DNA from: Eledone cirrhosa
Taxonomy: Eukaryota
Length of the DNA stretch: 64,000 bases
NCBI GenBank assembly: GCA_964016885.1
Contig: OZ024749.1
Location: 26,226,001 to 26,290,000 of the forward strand
Direction: 5' to 3'
Positions 1-13,491 of the stretch are shown here, piece after piece (within the stretch, counting starts at the first letter, position 1; every line of letters starts with the position of its first letter). The position numbers and the translations under genes are program-made. The notes under the pieces are model-generated. The model worked only from the letters and a program-made list of their open reading frames with translations, was not told the DNA's origin and ran no database searches.

Positions 1-116
1 CACGTCTGACCTACCAAATATGTGACGGTAGCTAGTTAAGCTCTATGCGTATAAGCAGAGCAGAAATATTAGTGAAAAAGAACAAAGGAACTATTAAGAC
101 ATTATAACAAGTTTAT

Positions 117-162
117 TGCCGACAGCCGTTTCGTCCGACCATATGTGGGACTTTTCAAGGCA
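117..162 (-). ncRNA. Minimal type I hammerhead ribozyme (U3-A8 core variant), Penelope-type
   Basis: Minus strand reads UGCC-UUGAAAA-GUCC(cacauaugguc)GGAC-GAAAC-GGCU-GUC-GGCA. Stem I UGCC/GGCA, stem II GUCC/GGAC, near-palindromic stem III, GUC cleavage triplet. Confidence 0.7.
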
Positions 163-946
163 TATAACATGTGATTGTAAGATCATTATTTACATCAACG
201 TATCACTCAAGGCTAGCAGTTTGAAATTGTGGTATACATCAGCAGCTCCGCTTGTATAGTTGGGGTCTATATTCTAAGGGGGCTCTTTTATATTAGTTGT
301 CAGGGTCAGGGATTGAAGGTTAAAGATTAGATAATATATAATTTACGCATTAAAAGTAAACCAAAAGACTTGGGATCCCGTAGAAGCACCTTAAAAAATC
401 CCTCAATAAGTGCATAAAGCTTACAGGCTCCAATAAACTTAATAAACTAGAAGAAATTAAGAGGCTAATAAAATAAGAAAATAAAAATATAAAGTTTACC
501 TAAAAAATATAAAGTTTCCTATGAAATTCCTTCGAGAGAAAAATTTTTTTTTCCGAAAGAAAAAATCTTTCTTCCCCCGAGATCACGTTAACAAATTTCA
601 GAAAACTTACGAAGTTTTGATATTCCCTACTAAGTTGAAAGAAACTAATCAATTAAAGGTTAATTCAAAGAGCCTTCTATAAATCTCTCAGAAAAGGCCC
701 CTCTAATATTTTTAATAGGAACTTCCTTCGAGAGACCCTTCGAAGAATTAAAATTTTAGAGAGCCTTTAAGGATATATATAAACGAATTGAGGAAAATTA
801 TAAATTAAAAGTTAAAAATTACGGTATTTGGGATATCCGAGGAATTTTCAAAGGGTTGCTTCAACAGATTATGTCTAAGTTGTATCTGTTGTGTCTGAGG
901 TAAAATAAATATGGTTTTATAAATATAGTTTCCATTTATTAATATC

Positions 947-2200
<1,254 letters not shown>

Positions 2201-2402
2201 ATTTCATACGTCTTCTCTTTCTTCTTCTACTACTTCTTCTTTAACTGTTTTATAACTTTTAATTTCATAATGGCAGAACAAAGATGGAAAATAAAGAAAC
2301 ACACAGTGACAACAACAATATAATTACACAAATGATAGAAACCATAACAATATCAAAACAACAGAACAACAGATAATATCAATAAATAAATAAATAAATA
2401 GA

Positions 2403-2437
<35 letters not shown>

Positions 2438-2640
2438 ATAGAAACATAAGCACTGAGATATCGTTGAGAAAAATTATAATCCCATAAAATGAGCAGCCAT
2501 TTTAATGATTTGTTTCTGTCTGTATGTTTATATTTACTGTATTTGCTTGAGTTACTCCCCCCTCTTCTAATATACCAATGGTTTGTGCATTCAACCTTGT
2601 GCTGTTTTCATCAACTAATTCCATGCATTAGTGTTTAATG

Positions 2641-2701
<61 letters not shown>

Positions 2702-2702
2702 G
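2641..2702. repeat. (GATA)n microsatellite without a Tx1 insertion
   Basis: About 15 TAGA units with no Tx1 sequence adjacent. Confidence 0.95.
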
Positions 2703-3039
2703 AGATAACCATCAGACAGATATCTTTTGGTTAGCTAAAAATGATTATGTTAATATCTGAAATATAAGATTCTGGATATGCTTTCAAAGCTTACCGGAGA
2801 ATAATCTCACCAGGAACTGCCACCAGTATTCTCTTTGCTATGCAGAGATATCTAATATATCAACATTATTCCATGCAAGAATAACATGTCAGCTGACGAC
2901 AGTATCATTGGATATGTTGAGAGCATTTCAATGGCGGATTTATCATTTGTCGTTCGGGCTGTTCCTTACAGAGACACGATATCTCCTAGGTTGCTCAGCT
3001 GGTGGCCATGTTTGTTCGTCAATCTTCCAACTATTCTAT

Positions 3040-3660
3040 TGTATATGTGTGTATGTGTGTATGGGTCTGTATGTGCATATGTGTTTGTATGTGTGTGTAT
3101 GTGTGTGTATGTGTGTATGGGTCTGTGTGTGCATTTGTGTGTCTATATGTATAGGTGTGTGTGTGTGTGTTTGCATGTATGTGTGTATATGTATGTATGT
3201 GTCTGTATATGTGTGCATGCGTATGTATGTGTGTATGTATACGTTTGTGTGTTACTGTATATATGTGTGTGTGTGTATTTGCATATATGTGTGTATATGT
3301 CTGTATGTGTGTGTGTATGCGTTTGCGTGTATGTATCTCTATGTGTCTGTAATTGTGTGTTTGTTTGTATGTGTGTCTGTATGTTTATGTATGTGTGTAT
3401 ATGTCTATATATGTATGTGTGTATGTGTATGCATGTATCTGTGTGTGTATGTGTATGCATGTGTCTGTATATGTGTATGTGTATGTATGTGTCTGTAAGT
3501 GTGTGTATGTGTGTATGTGTGTTTGTATATATATGCATGCGTGTATATGTCTATATATGTCTGCATGTATCTGTATGTGTGTATGTGTATGCATGTATCT
3601 GTATGCGTGCATGTGTCTGTATGTGTGTATTATGTGTATGTATGTGTGTGAACGTGTGTG
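3040..3660. repeat. Degenerate (TG)n/(TATG)n low-complexity repeat
   Basis: Read directly. Confidence 0.9.
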
Positions 3661-3820
3661 TTAGTAATTTATGCTTGTAATTTATGGAAGACCATCAGTT
3701 AGTTATTCAATCATGTATGTCTCCCAACGTATGATGTGTGAGAGAAAGGCTACCATTGATAAAAGGATAGACTGATAGACAGATAGTTAGGAGAAAGAGA
3801 CAGACAGACAGACACATACA

Positions 3821-3938
<118 letters not shown>

Positions 3939-3988
3939 CGGGGGTTGAGATAGATCGATAGATAGACATACATAGAAATATAGATATG

Positions 3989-5182
3989 TTTCTTTTATTT
4001 GCCACCAGGGCATCAAAAGTGGGACAAGTACAATGGGGGGAGTTTACAAAACAAGGCGTCCTCAATAAGGAAGAGGCAATAACAAGATATAAAAGTATAA
4101 AAATAAAATAAAATATAACAAAAAATAAAATTTATAACAAAGTCCTCAATGGCGAGGAGGCGCCTTGGGGGTCGCACACACCCCCGAAAAAAAGTCTGCA
4201 ACCCTTTTCCTCAAGAGCACAGAGAAGGGGTGCTCCCTTGGTCTTTCATCTTCCTCACCTATAGTCTGATGTAGAGTGAAGGCCCATTCACACGGGCCAT
4301 TCTCGCCACTTTCACCCATCTTTCATAAAAACGGCTGGGGTGCAGCACCTCTCTCTCCATCCTGATCCTTCTTTCGAAATGATATCGGAAGAAATGGACC
4401 AGTTGTTGGCCAGAGAGAAAGGTGTCTGACCTCAGTCCTTTCAGACGCGTCCACCATACAACCTCTTTCGCCATGGCTATTACGCACAGAAACACCGCCT
4501 CTTCTTCGTTTTTGAAGAGGGGAGGCGGCTTGATCGTTACAATAGACTCGGTGGTCAACCGGATCGGACCCACCCTTGACAGCAGTTGTTCGACATAGCC
4601 CGACAGATCGGCAATGCCCGAGCAGTGTACCAATGCGTGTGCAACGGTTTCCTCGTCGCACACGCATCTGGGACAGATCTTTTTCCAGGGGTCCCTACCC
4701 GGGCGCCCGTGTCTGTAGAGCCTTTCTCGAACGGGCAGAGCCCTTCTGTAGCATTGCCAGGCCAGGGACCTCTGGAAGTTATCCATGAGTCCCGGGCTGA
4801 ATGTCCTACCGAACAGGTTGGCCAGTTCGTCTTCCTCCATGCCTAGGGCTTCTCCGAGGGCGTCGTCGCACCTGCTAACCACCAGCCCTCTATAGAATGA
4901 CGAGGTGGATTCTCCACTGACAGCCGGGTCCGCCTGCCAGAGAGCCGTGAGCGCCTGGGCACACTCGGTGTGCCAGGCGCCCAGTTTTCTCGGTCTTTGC
5001 TTGACCCAGGATTGCAGCTCGGTGAGTGAGACGAGTCTGGGAAAGGGTCGACTCACAAACGGGGCCCACACCGGTTGACCGGAGAGGAATACCTGAAGGT
5101 GCCGTAGCCTTAATGCGTGTTTACGTATCATTAGCCACGGCATCCCCAGCCCTCCTTTCGAAGGGTGTTGACAGCAGATGGA
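3989..5182 (-). mobile_element. 5'-truncated Tx1-clade non-LTR retrotransposon, subfamily B
   Basis: ORF 4259-5143 is an ORF2 C-terminus (CPRC...ETVAHALVHC zinc motif, ends YIRL), near-identical to 46081-46965. The 5' junction runs into (GATA)n. Confidence 0.93.
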
Positions 5183-5219
5183 GATAGATAGATAGATAGA
5201 TCAGATAGATAGATAGATC

Positions 5220-5278
<59 letters not shown>

Positions 5279-5333
5279 CAGATAGTTAGGAGAAAGAGAC
5301 AGACACATACAACATATATATATATATATATAA

Positions 5334-5380
<47 letters not shown>

Positions 5381-5645
5381 AAGGGATTGAGATAGATCGA
5401 TAGATAGACATATATAGATAGATAGATAGATTTCTTTATTTACCATAAAGGCATAAAAAGAAGGGACAAATACAAAGGGGGAGTTTACATATAATCGAGT
5501 AAAAAGGGTGTAACATGAAAATAATCGAAAATAACCTCAAAAGGGAGGGGACGTGATGGGGGTTGCACACACCCCCGAAAAAGTGTGCAATCCTTTGCCC
5601 AGGGAGCACATGGAGAAGGTGCTCCCCTCTCCTTTACTTCTTTAC

Positions 5646-8600
5646 CTACAGGATGGTATACAGAGAAGGCCCATTTACACGAGCCATTCTCGCCACTATC
5701 ACCCACCTTTCATAAAACTGCCTGTGGCCAAGCACCTCTCTCTCCATTCTTATCCTTCTTCCGAAGTGATATCGGAAGAAGTAGACCAGACTATGGCCAG
5801 AGAGGAAGTTGCCTGACCTCAGACCTTTCAATCGTGTCCACCAAACAACCTCTTTCAACATGGCTATTACGCACAGAAAAACCGCCTTTGCTTCCTTTGT
5901 GAAGAGGGGAGGCGGTTTGATTGTCATCACGGACTCGGCTGTCAATTTAATCGGCGCCACCCGCGACAGCAGTTGTTCGGCGTAGCCCCACAGATCAGCC
6001 ACGCCCGGACATTGCACCAATGCGTGCGCCACGGTTTCTTCGTGACGCACGCATCTAGGGCAAATCTTTTTTGAGGGATCCCTGCCCGGGCGCCCGTGTC
6101 TGTAGAGCCTCTCTCGAACGGGTAGAGCCCCTCGGTAGCACTGCCAGGCCAGTGACTTCTGGAAGTTGTCCATTGGTCCTGGGCCGAAAGTCCTACCGAA
6201 CAGGCTGGCCAGTTCATCTTCTTCCATGTCCAGCGACTCTCCAAGGGTGTCATCGCCCCTGCTAGCCACCAGCCCTCTATAGAATGATGAGGTGGATTCT
6301 CCACCGATGGCCCGGCCCGCTTGCCAGAGAGCCCTGAGCGCCTGAGCACACTCAGTGTGCCAGTCTCCCAGTTTTCCGGATCTTTGCTTGACCCAGGACT
6401 GTAGCTCGGTGAGTGAGACGAGTCTCGGAAAGGCTCGTTTCACGAACGGAGCCCACACCGGTTGACCAGTGAGGAATACCTGTAGGTGCCGTAGCCTTAA
6501 TGCGTGCCTACGCATCATCAACCACGGCATCCCCAGCCCTCCTTTCGAAGGTTGTTGGCAGCAGATGGATCTTCTCACCATAGGAGGACGCTTCTTCCAA
6601 AGAAATTGGAAGAGCATGCGTTCCATGGTGGTGAGTGTTTCCTTAGGGCAAGGCACGACAGTCAGGCGGTAGTAAGTGACGGACGCTATGTAAATGTTCG
6701 CCACCTCCGCCCGGCCTTTTAGGGACAGCTTACACTTGGCCCATTTCTGGGTTAGTGCAAACACCTTGTTCGTAACCTCGTTCCAGTTCTTTTCCACCTG
6801 GAGGTCCGGTCCAAACCAGACCCCAAGCAACTTTACCGGGCCCTCGGTCCAGTGTCCGACGACACCATCGGGAGGCATCGGTCTGCCTCTCCACGTTCCG
6901 AGTTGCAGCCCGATGGATTTTTCCCGGTTCAGTTTCGCTCCTGACAACCTTTCGTACTCCTCCAGTAAGGTACCGATCGCCTCGATCTCCGAGTCGGTTG
7001 ATACCATTACTGTTACGTCATCGGCGTAGGCCGACACCGCTTTGCTCAATCCTGGTTCCAGGGGGATACCCTGCAACAACTCCAACTTCCTCAGTAAAGG
7101 CTCGAGAGTCAATACGTACAGAAGGGAGGAGAGAGGGCACCCCTGTCGAATGGATCGTGTGATTTCGAACGGCTTCGAAAGGTAGCCGTTCACCTTGATC
7201 CTAGAACAGATGTGGTTGCTATGTAGGGCAGTGATCCAGCCTCTGAAAACAGGACCGAACCCAGCCGCCGCTAGCACCGCATCCAGGTAACCATGGTCGA
7301 CCCTATCGAATGCCTTAGACTGATCCAAGTTGATCAGGGCCCCACCGAAGCCGGGTTTGTTGCCAACCCTCTCTATGATGTATCGCATGAGGTGGAGGTT
7401 ATCGTGAATGGACCTGGATGGGATAGCACATGTCTGCGCATCTCCCACCAGGCCACCCACGACAAGCGCCAACCTCTTTGCTAACACCTTGGCCAAAATC
7501 TTTAACTCTGTGTTTAGCAGGGTTATGGGCCGAAAATTATTTATACTATCCCCCTTGTTCTCGTCCTTCCTCACCAGCGTGACTACGCCCTTGGCTACAG
7601 AACAAGGAATTCTCCCGTTCTGCTGCCAATTGCAGTAGACCGCTTCGAGGAGTTCGGAGAAGAAGACCGGCATTGCTAAATAAAGTTCGTAAGGTATACC
7701 ATCGAGACCTGGAGATTTGCGTCTGCTGCATTGGCTCAGCGCATCTCCGATCTCATCAGCCGAGATTGGTCCCTCGCAGGACTCTGCCTCTTTGCTCGAG
7801 AGACGCGGCAGGCCGTCGAGGTATGGACCGAAATCCACGCCCCGGCCCGGACCCTCGCCTCCCCCGAACAATCGGGCAAAGTGCTTTTGAAAGGCCTCGC
7901 ACATCTGCTTAGGCTCCCGGATCACTCGTCCATCTTCGTCTTGCAACGACCGGATGGTGGATCGATTTCCACTTTTAGCTTCTGTCACGCGGGCCCATCC
8001 AACGGCTTTGGCCCCCTCATTACCTAGAGCACGTATTTTACTTCGAATGACGCAGCCTTCATGCTTTGCATCGAAAAACTGGTTCAAGGCCGTCCTCGAT
8101 GCCAGCACTCTGGCCACATCTTCGCTCTTGATTGCCTCTTCTAATTTACCTGTTAATTCTTTCTCGTTTCTATTCCTATTGGCAGCTAACATCTTGCTAT
8201 AACTTATTGATTCTGTTCTAATCTCTCTTTTGAGAGATGCCCACCATCGGTTGTTGACGATTGCACCCGTCAACCTCTCCTTAACTAATCTGCTAATCCG
8301 GTTTCTGTAAGTCTCTTTTGCCGGTAAAGACAAATTAAGTTTCCAGTAACCGGGACCCTGTCTATGTGTTTTCTCGAGATTGACCACGCAGGTCACTAAT
8401 TTGTGATCCGTGTAGCCAACCGTGCGCATTTCTGGACAGCTTAATATGTCCCTATCCTTACTTCTAACTAAGAATCTATCTAAGTACGATCTAGATTGAC
8501 CACTGTCGTTTCTCCAAGTCCAGGTAGGCACAGTTGGAAAATCTAGTCGATATCTATCGACCAAGTTAAAACGGTCGAGTAACCCCTTGAGGCTGTTACA

Positions 8601-9083
8601 CCCCCCTCTATTAGGACATGCTCCTGCATAGTCCCAACGTGCATCCAGGATGTCATTCCAATCCCCCGCTAGAAGCAGGGAACGCGACGTTCCCAGAAAA
8701 GTCTCCAAACGCTGGAAGAAGTCGGGCCGTTCAGCTCCGAAAGGGGAGTAGACGGCGACCAGTCTCAAGGCCGCACTTTCACTACTGCCAACGTCTAGCA
8801 CCAACAAACGACCCTCCGGGTCCGAGTGCACAACCTGTACGGCAAGACCCAGGTGTTTTTGCAGCAGCACGACAACCCCACCCCCACCTCCAGGTTGACA
8901 GAGAGATGCATGCACCTCAAAGTCATCGAAGGTGGGGGCCAGCTGCCGCATGACGCTGATTCGAGTCTCACAGATAACCATTACATTTATACTACATGAC
9001 CTGAGGTCATTTAGAAGCTTTGCTTGCTTCCAAGTTGAGCCCAGGCCACGTGCATTCAAACATCCTACTCTTAACACATCCAT
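5646..9083 (-). CDS. Tx1-type ORF2: APE endonuclease + reverse transcriptase + C-terminal Cys/His motif (1145 aa)
   Basis: EN motifs CLNARGL, GDWN, SYLDRF, TDHK. RT motifs KSPGLDG, FRPITLLN, LDQSKAFDRV, QGCPLS, YADD. C-terminal CPRC-x7-H-x4-C. Confidence 0.96.
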   Translation of the reverse strand: MDVLRVGCLNARGLGSTWKQAKLLNDLRSCSINVMVICETRISVMRQLAPTFDDFEVHASLCQPGGGGGVVVLLQKHLGLAVQVVHSDPEGRLLVLDVGSSESAALRLVAVYSPFGAERPDFFQRLETFLGTSRSLLLAGDWNDILDARWDYAGACPNRGGCNSLKGLLDRFNLVDRYRLDFPTVPTWTWRNDSGQSRSYLDRFLVRSKDRDILSCPEMRTVGYTDHKLVTCVVNLEKTHRQGPGYWKLNLSLPAKETYRNRISRLVKERLTGAIVNNRWWASLKREIRTESISYSKMLAANRNRNEKELTGKLEEAIKSEDVARVLASRTALNQFFDAKHEGCVIRSKIRALGNEGAKAVGWARVTEAKSGNRSTIRSLQDEDGRVIREPKQMCEAFQKHFARLFGGGEGPGRGVDFGPYLDGLPRLSSKEAESCEGPISADEIGDALSQCSRRKSPGLDGIPYELYLAMPVFFSELLEAVYCNWQQNGRIPCSVAKGVVTLVRKDENKGDSINNFRPITLLNTELKILAKVLAKRLALVVGGLVGDAQTCAIPSRSIHDNLHLMRYIIERVGNKPGFGGALINLDQSKAFDRVDHGYLDAVLAAAGFGPVFRGWITALHSNHICSRIKVNGYLSKPFEITRSIRQGCPLSSLLYVLTLEPLLRKLELLQGIPLEPGLSKAVSAYADDVTVMVSTDSEIEAIGTLLEEYERLSGAKLNREKSIGLQLGTWRGRPMPPDGVVGHWTEGPVKLLGVWFGPDLQVEKNWNEVTNKVFALTQKWAKCKLSLKGRAEVANIYIASVTYYRLTVVPCPKETLTTMERMLFQFLWKKRPPMVRRSICCQQPSKGGLGMPWLMMRRHALRLRHLQVFLTGQPVWAPFVKRAFPRLVSLTELQSWVKQRSGKLGDWHTECAQALRALWQAGRAIGGESTSSFYRGLVASRGDDTLGESLDMEEDELASLFGRTFGPGPMDNFQKSLAWQCYRGALPVRERLYRHGRPGRDPSKKICPRCVRHEETVAHALVQCPGVADLWGYAEQLLSRVAPIKLTAESVMTIKPPPLFTKEAKAVFLCVIAMLKEVVWWTRLKGLRSGNFLSGHSLVYFFRYHFGRRIRMEREVLGHRQFYERWVIVARMARVNGPSLYTIL

Positions 9084-9116
9084 GTGGGCGGCAGAGCCAA
9101 AGGAGAGTGTAGAGAC

Positions 9117-10994
9117 CTACCTTTCCGCTTCCCGGGGTTCGGGTTGCACGACTTCCATGGGGTCGGGGGTGTTGGGTGAAGGGGTGTCTTGTGGTGGTGT
9201 GGGGTCGTCGGTGTGTGGTGGGGTTGGGGTGTTTGGAGTTGTGTTGGGGAGGGGAAGGGGAGGGGGAAAGCTTTTTAGTAGGACGCGGTTTATGGGTTTG
9301 ACAGAGGGTGGTCCTACGTCCTCCTTAAAATCCTTTTTTAGTTTTTGGTAGAGGTTCATTGGGATTTTTATTAGTTTTAAATGTGGGTGGTTTTCTGAAG
9401 AAACAAAGTTTACACCTTCGGTTTGTACCGAAGGATTATTGTTTATGAGTTCATTTAATTTATTATTGTTTCTGTTGATGTAAGTATAGTGTAGTGTCTT
9501 TTTTTCCGATGGTGTGAGTGTTTCGAAGAGGGGAGGGGCAGGTTTGGTTTTGTTTGTTGCTGGAGGGGTGTTTTCTGTTTTGTTAGATTGTGTTGCGATT
9601 TGGGTGGGGGTTGTTTGTCCTTGTGTGTTTTGCACATGTTTTCTTTTTTTCCTTTTAATCTGTCTGAAGGACTCCGTTTCTTCCTCCGAATTCGTTGGGT
9701 TATCTTCAGTGTTGGAGGGAAGAGGTATGTTTGCTGGTAATGTTTCCGTGTTGGTTTTCTTTGTGGGGGAGATGGATGTCACTATGTTAGACTGTGTTGT
9801 GTGTTGTGTCTGCGGTGGTTGTGTTGTTTTATTGAGTGAGAGGTTGGGTGGGCCTGTATTTTGTTTTGGGGTAATGTGTTGTGACTGTTTGTGTTGTGGT
9901 GGTGTTGTGGTGTTACTGAGGGACGGGTTGGGTGGGACTGAGTTTTGTTGTTTGTTTATCTGTTGTGGTGGTGGTGGTGGAGCTGGTGTTGGTAGCAGGG
10001 TATTCTTTTTGTTGAGTTGGGGACAAGCGGCCTTCAGGTGCCCTCTGCCTGCACAGATATGGCAGGACGGCCTTCTCCCCTCCACGCTAATGTTTATATA
10101 CCCGTGGTCCTCTAATAGGATTCTGTCGGGTATTTGGGCGATGCGTTCAGGCTTCATTTGTACTACCAGCTCTATACCTGTTCCACTGAACGCATTGCCT
10201 GTGGTTTTCCCAATGGAAATCACGTTGTCATTCACTGGATCGATGAAGCCAGCTATGAGCCAGCAGTAGTCCACATCTGGCATCATTGCATCCAGCCATA
10301 TGCGTTGAGTTTTTTTCCCCATATAAGATGGATAAAAGGTGAAATTTTTCGAACGAATCGGTGACAAAGCACATTTTTTTGCCACCGATTCGTTCTTCAT
10401 GATAATTGCTAGGCTTCCATACAGTCTGTCTTTTCTTATGAAAGTTGTTTCATTCAGTACTTCTGCGAGTACTGTTTTGATATCTGCTTGAGAAGGCTGT
10501 TCAGGTTTTTTTGTACTGTTGTTGATGGTCCGAAACTTGACCGTTCGGCTTTCAATGTCTTTCGTGAATTCTTGAGGCATTTTTACCAATAAAATACCAT
10601 TCTCACCTTCACTTATGTATTGTTTTGCGTCCGTGATCCTTCGTACCACATCTGAAATGTTTTCCGCTATATAAGTCAAAGATTTCTTTGTTTTCTGTGC
10701 AAATGAAGTCTTGTCGTCTGCTTTGTTTTCTGATATTATGTTATTTTCAACTGTTATTTTTTTGTTTGTTGTGTCTTTGTTTTTGTTATTAGTATTGTCA
10801 TGCAATTTTTCAAATTTTTTTTCTTCGTTGTTTTCGACATTTAATTTTTTCTCCGCAGATTCGTCCGTTTTTATTTTCATTTTTCCTTCCTTCTCTATGA
10901 CGTTAGTTGGGAAGGAAGGGAGGACTAAAGCGTGCGAGCTTACAACTCTTACCGCTGTCCCCCCACCACTATTTTCGTTCGCTGCGTTTAACAT
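9117..10994 (-). CDS. Tx1-type ORF1: gag-like nucleic-acid-binding protein with CCHC knuckle (625 aa)
   Basis: CHICAGRGHLKAAC (C-x2-C-x4-H-x4-C), Pro/Thr-rich tail, KRKKRK basic patch. Lies upstream of ORF2, with a homolog at 47549-49398. Confidence 0.9.
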   Translation of the reverse strand: MLNAANENSGGGTAVRVVSSHALVLPSFPTNVIEKEGKMKIKTDESAEKKLNVENNEEKKFEKLHDNTNNKNKDTTNKKITVENNIISENKADDKTSFAQKTKKSLTYIAENISDVVRRITDAKQYISEGENGILLVKMPQEFTKDIESRTVKFRTINNSTKKPEQPSQADIKTVLAEVLNETTFIRKDRLYGSLAIIMKNESVAKKCALSPIRSKNFTFYPSYMGKKTQRIWLDAMMPDVDYCWLIAGFIDPVNDNVISIGKTTGNAFSGTGIELVVQMKPERIAQIPDRILLEDHGYINISVEGRRPSCHICAGRGHLKAACPQLNKKNTLLPTPAPPPPPQQINKQQNSVPPNPSLSNTTTPPQHKQSQHITPKQNTGPPNLSLNKTTQPPQTQHTTQSNIVTSISPTKKTNTETLPANIPLPSNTEDNPTNSEEETESFRQIKRKKRKHVQNTQGQTTPTQIATQSNKTENTPPATNKTKPAPPLFETLTPSEKKTLHYTYINRNNNKLNELINNNPSVQTEGVNFVSSENHPHLKLIKIPMNLYQKLKKDFKEDVGPPSVKPINRVLLKSFPPPLPLPNTTPNTPTPPHTDDPTPPQDTPSPNTPDPMEVVQPEPREAER

Positions 10995-11232
10995 TTCTGT
11001 TAGACGATTGAAATTTTTTACACAAAATTTTTTTTAAAACAGGTTTTTCGCCTCTAGGAGGGGTAAAGATGAGCTGACCCACCGCCTGACAGTTCAGACG
11101 GAGGGTCAAGCTACACAATTGTATCAAAATTAAGTTTGAACTCACAAAATTTCCTCAATAAATTTGAACAAAACTTCTGTGCGAAGTGAATGACATCCAC
11201 ACTGTAGAACAGACGACAGCTAGATTATATAT

Positions 11233-11309
<77 letters not shown>

Positions 11310-11310
<1 letters not shown>

Positions 11311-12281
11311 TTCTTTATTTACCATAAAGGCATAAAAAGAAGGGACAAATACAAAGGGGGAGTTTACATATAATCGAGTAAAAAGGGTGTAACATGAAAA
11401 TAATCGAAAATAACCTCAAAAGGGAGGGGACGTGATGGGGGTTGCACACACCCCCGAAAAAGTGTGCAATCCTTTGCCCGGGGAGCACATGGAGAAGGTG
11501 CTCCCCTCTCCTTTACTTCTTTACCTACAGGATGGTATACAGAGAAGGCCCATTTACACGAGCCATTCTCGCCACTATCACCCACCTTTCATAAAACTGC
11601 CTGTGGCCAAGCACCTCTCTCTCCATTCTTATCCTTCTTCCGAAGTGATATCGGAAGAAGTAGACCAGACTATGGCCAGAGAGGAAGTTGCCTGACCTCA
11701 GACCTTTCAATCGTGTCCACCAAACAACCTCTTTCAACATGGCTATTACGCACAGAAAAACCGCCTTTGCTTCCTTTGTGAAGAGGGGAGGCGGTTTGAT
11801 TGTCATCACGGACTCGGCGGTCAATTTAATCGGCGCCACCCGCGACAGCAGTCGTTCGGCGTAGCCCCACAGATCAGCCACGCCCGGACATTGCACCAAT
11901 GCGTGCGCAACGGTTTCTTCGTGACGCACGCATCTAGGGCAAATCTTTTTTGAGGGATCCCTGCCCGGGCGCCCGTGTCTGTAGAGCCTCTCTCGAACGG
12001 GTAGAGCCCCCCGGTAGCACTGCCAGGCCAGTGACTTCTGGAAGTTGTCCATTGGTCCTGGGCCGAAAGTCCTACCGAACAGGCTGGCCAGTTCGTCTTC
12101 TTCCATGTCCAGCGATTCTCCAAGGGTGTCATCGCCCCTGCTAGCCACCAGCCCTCTATAGAATGATGAGGTGGATTCTCCACCGATGGCCTGGCCCGCT
12201 TGCCAGAGAGCCCTGAGCGCCTGAGCACACTCAGTGTGCCAGTCTCCCAGTTTTCCGGATCTTTGCTTGACCCAGGACTGT
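11310..12281 (-). mobile_element. 5'-truncated Tx1 copy, subfamily A
   Basis: Near-identical to 5431-6402, with the same AATAAAGAAA-(TCTA)n 3' end. (GATA)n on both sides. Confidence 0.95.
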
Positions 12282-12282
12282 T

Positions 12283-12368
<86 letters not shown>

Positions 12369-12767
12369 GATAGGACAGTCAGATAGATAGATTGACATAC
12401 AGATATATAGATAGATAGATTGGTAGATAGATAGACAGGCAGTCTGACAGATATAGAGTGCTTAAGAATATTCGACCGGAAAAGAAACTTGGATATCATT
12501 AAGTATTAGAGTATTGTTTGTTTAGAAGTGTGAATCTTGTTGGATTACACTTCAAACATTTTACAATGTCTTCAGCCGTCAACTCAACACAAAGATCTGT
12601 ACGACGGGAAATTGGCAATTTATTCAGTAAAATACTTCCTTACTGAAATATCTAGACATTTTCGTATGACGTATATATATATTTTTATATGTTGTTGAGT
12701 TTTTTTTTTCATCCAAATGACCTATATAATTCCATGTGTGTGTGTGTATTTATGTGTGTGTTTATGT

Positions 12768-13489
<722 letters not shown>

Positions 13490-13491
<2 letters not shown>

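Larger units (their letters stand above)
5431..11220 (-). mobile_element. Full-length Tx1-clade (L1 group) non-LTR retrotransposon, subfamily A, both ORFs intact
   Basis: About 225-bp 5' UTR, ORF1, ORF2, and a 3' UTR ending AATAAAGAAA directly into (TCTA)n. (GATA)n on both flanks. Confidence 0.95.

Noticed and set aside
360-900. A-rich segment next to the first hammerhead as a Penelope ORF start
   Set aside because: No open frame or recognisable motif found by eye.
9514-10269. 251-aa ORF antisense to Tx1 ORF1 (similarly 48389-49102)
   Set aside because: Shadow of the A/C-rich low-complexity ORF1 region; no motifs.
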